A stretch of DNA of 64,000 nt, taken from contig CAVZPM010000035.1 of NCBI GenBank assembly GCA_963777155.1, positions 1 to 64,000 of the forward strand, written 5' to 3'. The translations under genes were made by a program, and so were the position numbers. The stretch is from Candidatus Bathyarchaeota archaeon. Lineage in GTDB: Archaea; Thermoproteota; Bathyarchaeia; Bathyarchaeales; Bathycorpusculaceae. Below are positions 62,723-64,000 of this stretch, piece by piece. The notes beneath the pieces were generated by a model. It worked only from the letters and a program-made list of their open reading frames with translations. It was not told where the DNA came from and made no database searches. The stretch's first letter is position 1, and every line of letters begins with the position of its first letter.

Positions 62723-64000
62723 TTAAGCCTTCTCCTTTAATCTTAATTTTGGTGTAATGCATAAGCTTTGCAGTTCTTGCAACAGAAGCTTGAAAGCGTA
62801 AGACACGATAACCGGCGAAATCTTTGCTTTTTCATCACAAATCTTACAGACATAACGCCTTTGTTTCATGTCGAAGTAAGCGATTTGCCCGCAGTTTTCA
62901 CATACGTAGAGAGTGTATTTGTCAGATTCTTCAAGTAACCTGTCGCGTAGCAACATGGCGGCACCGTGGCCGATGAGACAGTCTCGTTCCATTTCTCCGA
63001 AACGTAGACCACCACCGCGTGCGCGTCCTTCAGTTGGCTGTCGTGTAAGCATTTGCACTTGGCCCTAGCTCTGGCATGTATTTTGTCAGCAACCATGTGG
63101 TGAAGTTTCTGGTAGTAAACTATGCCGACGAATATGTCTGCTACGAATTTTTCGCCTGTGGTTCCGTTGTAGAATACTTCGCTTCCGGTTTGGCTGAAGC
63201 CGAGTTTTACTAGGTTTTTGCGTACTTCATCTGGTCCTTCATTTGAGAAGGGTGTGCCATCTCCTGGTTTGCCTCTTGCGCAAGCTGCTTTTCCTGAGAG
63301 TGATTCGATGAATTGACCGATGGTCATTCTTGAGGGAATTGCGTGTGGGTTGATTATTAGGTCTGGGACCATACCATCTTCGGTGAAGGGCAGGTCTTCT
63401 TGGGCAACGATTAAGCCAATAACTCCCTTCTGTCCGTGACGAGAAGCAAATTTGTCGCCAAGCTCAGGGACTCTTTGGTCTCTTACGCGAACTTTGACGA
63501 GTTGGCTCCCTTCGCCCGACATCGTAACGAATATACCGTCAACAATGCCTGTTTCGCTAGGGCGCATGTCTACGGATGTGTCCCGCATTGAAGGTCCTTT
63601 AACTTCGAATTCTTTGTATTCTTCAAGGAATCTTGGAGGGCTGATTCTTCCAATTAATACATCTCCACCGACGACTTGGGATTCTAACCCGATTATTCCG
63701 TCTGGCTCAAGGAGCCTGTAGTATTGTTCGCCTCGGTAACCTCTTGTTCCTGGTTCTGGAACAGTGAATTTGTCTTTCAAGCCGCCTAAGTATTGTCTGC
63801 ATTCTGCTTCGTAGATGCGGTAGAAGGTTGATCTGGCTAAGCCGCGTTCGATAGAGGCTTTGTTGAAGATGATGGCGTCTTCCATGTTGTAGCCTTCGAA
63901 GCTGAGCACTGCGACAACACAGTTTTGACCTGTTGGCCGTTGCTTGTAACCCATGACATCCATGTTTTCTGTTTGTACCATTGGAACTTGCGGATAGTGA
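62723..64000 (-). CDS. rpo2: RNA polymerase subunit B, C-terminal part (5' truncated; frameshift near 63060)
   Basis: [45 protein letters not shown]. Confidence 0.97.

Overview
Archaeal chromosomal segment, most consistent with Bathyarchaeia (inferred from a fused Rpo1, a Cdv/ESCRT-III-Vps4 operon, a Cren7-like gene, HdrA-MvhD and methanopterin-type genes). Left end: a tRNA-Leu(CAG)-anchored micro-island with att-like repeats and small unannotated genes. Then hdrA-mvhD plus polyferredoxin, a CBS-HPF hibernation-factor candidate, pyrK/pyrD, a pterin cluster, radical SAM genes, tandem DUF72 genes, the cdv operon, katG, apgM, an Lhr helicase, moaABC, orc1/cdc6, nucS and the nusA-rpl30e-rpo1-rpo2 operon. 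The best candidate for an under-described system is a translationally coupled three-gene operon (52464-55848): a short, hinge-less, cysteine-free SMC5/6-like ATPase, a kleisin and a KITE-like (Nse1/Nse3-type) subunit. About ten genes carry single-base frameshifts, including essential rpo2, most simply explained as assembly indel errors. All family calls are by-eye motif recognition; no database search was run.
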